From Botryllus schlosseri (taxonomy: Eukaryota), in contig CM119372.1 in assembly GCA_051294905.1 (NCBI GenBank), forward strand, positions 23,748,001 to 23,812,000: DNA of 64,000 bases, in the 5' to 3' direction. A program made the position numbers and the translations under genes. The notes under the pieces were generated by a model. The model saw nothing but the letters and a program-made list of their open reading frames with translations, was not told the DNA's origin and did not search any database. Numbering within the stretch: position 1 is the stretch's first letter; each line of letters starts with the position of its first letter. Of this stretch, positions 62,141-64,000 are shown in pieces.

Positions 62141-63269
62141 CTGCAAAATCGAAATTTTTGTTCCGTGGCGAACTAAGTTTTGAAGGATTACCAATATGCT
62201 ACAACGTACCCACACCGGCTATTGGTTGGGTTGGGCGTATACGATCATCCTGGAGAAAGCTCGTCAGTCGGGTAATATTGAATCATGACATATGGGCAAT
62301 GAACGATGAATAAATTGAACATGGCGCCAATGCATTGGTTGACATAGTATACATGGAAATCCGTGAGTTGTAAACTATTACTGCACATTCTTAGCGAGAC
62401 TTGGGCATTGTGCGGCCCGCGAAGCGATTCTGAGCGGCCCGCGTAAAGTCCCTTGAAGTTTAGACTATAAAATCTAGTTACCGTTGTTACTGCGTGGAAA
62501 AAAACTACCGTATAAAGTGATCCGGAAATGCGTTTACTTTGAAGTATATAGTTTATTTATGTACAGTGATCACGTAACCTACGTACGTCGTGCGACTTCG
62601 AGTAATTCAGGTTCAAAATAAAACTAATATAGCAAATTTTGCTGTATCAATTAAATTCACTGTTTCCATCTTGAAGATCAAATGCTGTTTGTTTTGCCAT
62701 ATCTGTGCTTTAAACTGTTACGTCATAGGTTTCCAAATCCTAATTCGTAAAATAGTACAACCAGTGCACGTGATTGAAGGTCATTCAAACTCACAAACGA
62801 TGTTATGTCAAGCAATGAGAGATGCGGCTACATTTCAACAAGATTTAGTGCACTGAATATTTGTTTAATGAATTGAGCCGTGACCCAGTCTTTTAGATAT
62901 TGGCGAGAACGGAACAGGTCTCTGTGTGCAAGGAATATGATTTGAGTAATCATAATAAGAAAAATCTTGCAGTGAATACATATGCACTTCGCAAGCAAAG
63001 CAGAAATGCTATTTTACCAAGTCATACACATATGTGTACGCAGCCTAATACTAATGCATCCACTTAGCAACATTTGTTAACAACTTTTGTCTTTGCTTCA
63101 CATTTGGCCCGCCGGAGAAAATCATTTCCCACCCCTGCTCTTAGCGAAAATAGTGTGTATTCACATTTGAAGAGCCGTAAAGGCTGGTACACAAAAACAG
63201 AACATAACTCAGAATAGGGATGGTGTGAACGTAAGGTTCACGTTCGTGTTCTGCATGTGAGCCTCATAT

Positions 63270-63421
63270 GTTTGTTTGTTTTTTTTGGGTATTCATGGTG
63301 TTTTTCGACTACTATGGTCATTTACACCAGGCCGTTATTCTTCTCATTTTCCGTAACTGCCGACTTATAGCACGGCCCACCTCTAGGCTTTTTGTAAGAC
63401 ACCGCTGACGCGGATGAGGTG
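63270..63421 (-). mobile_element. 5'-truncated SINE with 13-bp TSD
   Basis: TSD GTGAGCCTCATAT at 63257-63269 and 63422-63434; (CAAA)n tail. Confidence 0.8.
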
Positions 63422-64000
63422 GTGAGCCTCATATATTTAGAGGTACACGTTCACAAACGAACCTTGGTAGGATTTGCACTGGGAACCTTTTTCATATATT
63501 ACAATATTCACGTCATTATAACATCTTTAGTTGAAATTCTTTGCATTTCAACTTAGGGTCACTCTATGCTAGGGTTGGGACTTCGGGATCAAATTTGAAA
63601 TCCCGGGATCGGGATTTCCCGGGATTTTCGCTCCTCAATCCCGGGATTCCCCGGGATTAGAAAAGTAGTAAAATACACATACAAGTTACACAAATAACAT
63701 TTATTCCTTGTGATATTGAATTGGCGCAAAACATAAGAGCATCAAGAGTATCATCGTTTAGATCAGGGGACCCAAACTCCAATTTGCTCGCGAGCCAATT
63801 TCGTAGTTTTTGATGACGCAGCGGGCAGCAGCATCAAATAGGGGTATAATATGTATTTCCCAGTACGCCTTTTTTGTCGGACCTTGCAGATTAGCATTCC
63901 ATACACATTATGAAAATGTAATACACTATTGTAATATTAACGGTTGTCACGAAAAGTCATATTTTTCAATATTTTTTAAAAATATTGTTGTGCTTGGCAT

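Overview
AT-rich, repeat-dense eukaryotic (metazoan) DNA. The short 56-61 nt introns, microexons, tRNA-derived SINEs and abundant hAT-type MITEs fit an invertebrate, most plausibly an ascidian/tunicate (inference). The main content is a minus-strand spliced gene, hand-assembled from GT-AG exons with consistent phases. It encodes an LGR/RXFP/GRL101-type class A GPCR with at least five LDL-receptor class A (LDLa) modules and no leucine-rich repeats (22492-53126), and it can be spliced in frame to von Willebrand A (VWA) exons at 60499-62140. A second minus-strand gene starting with a signal-peptide-like exon and a MIDAS-containing VWA exon begins at about 4177, suggesting a tandem paralog array. 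One intron holds a young Penelope-like retroelement (RT + GIY-YIG) inserted as a 1227-bp inverted repeat. The insertion has a 12-bp TSD and a minimal hammerhead ribozyme in each arm, and it interrupts a decayed Chapaev3-like transposase. The rest is nested DNA transposons/MITEs, SINEs and LINE relics, including a probable SINE-R4 LINE chimera. Exon calls and TE family assignments were made by eye, with no database searches.
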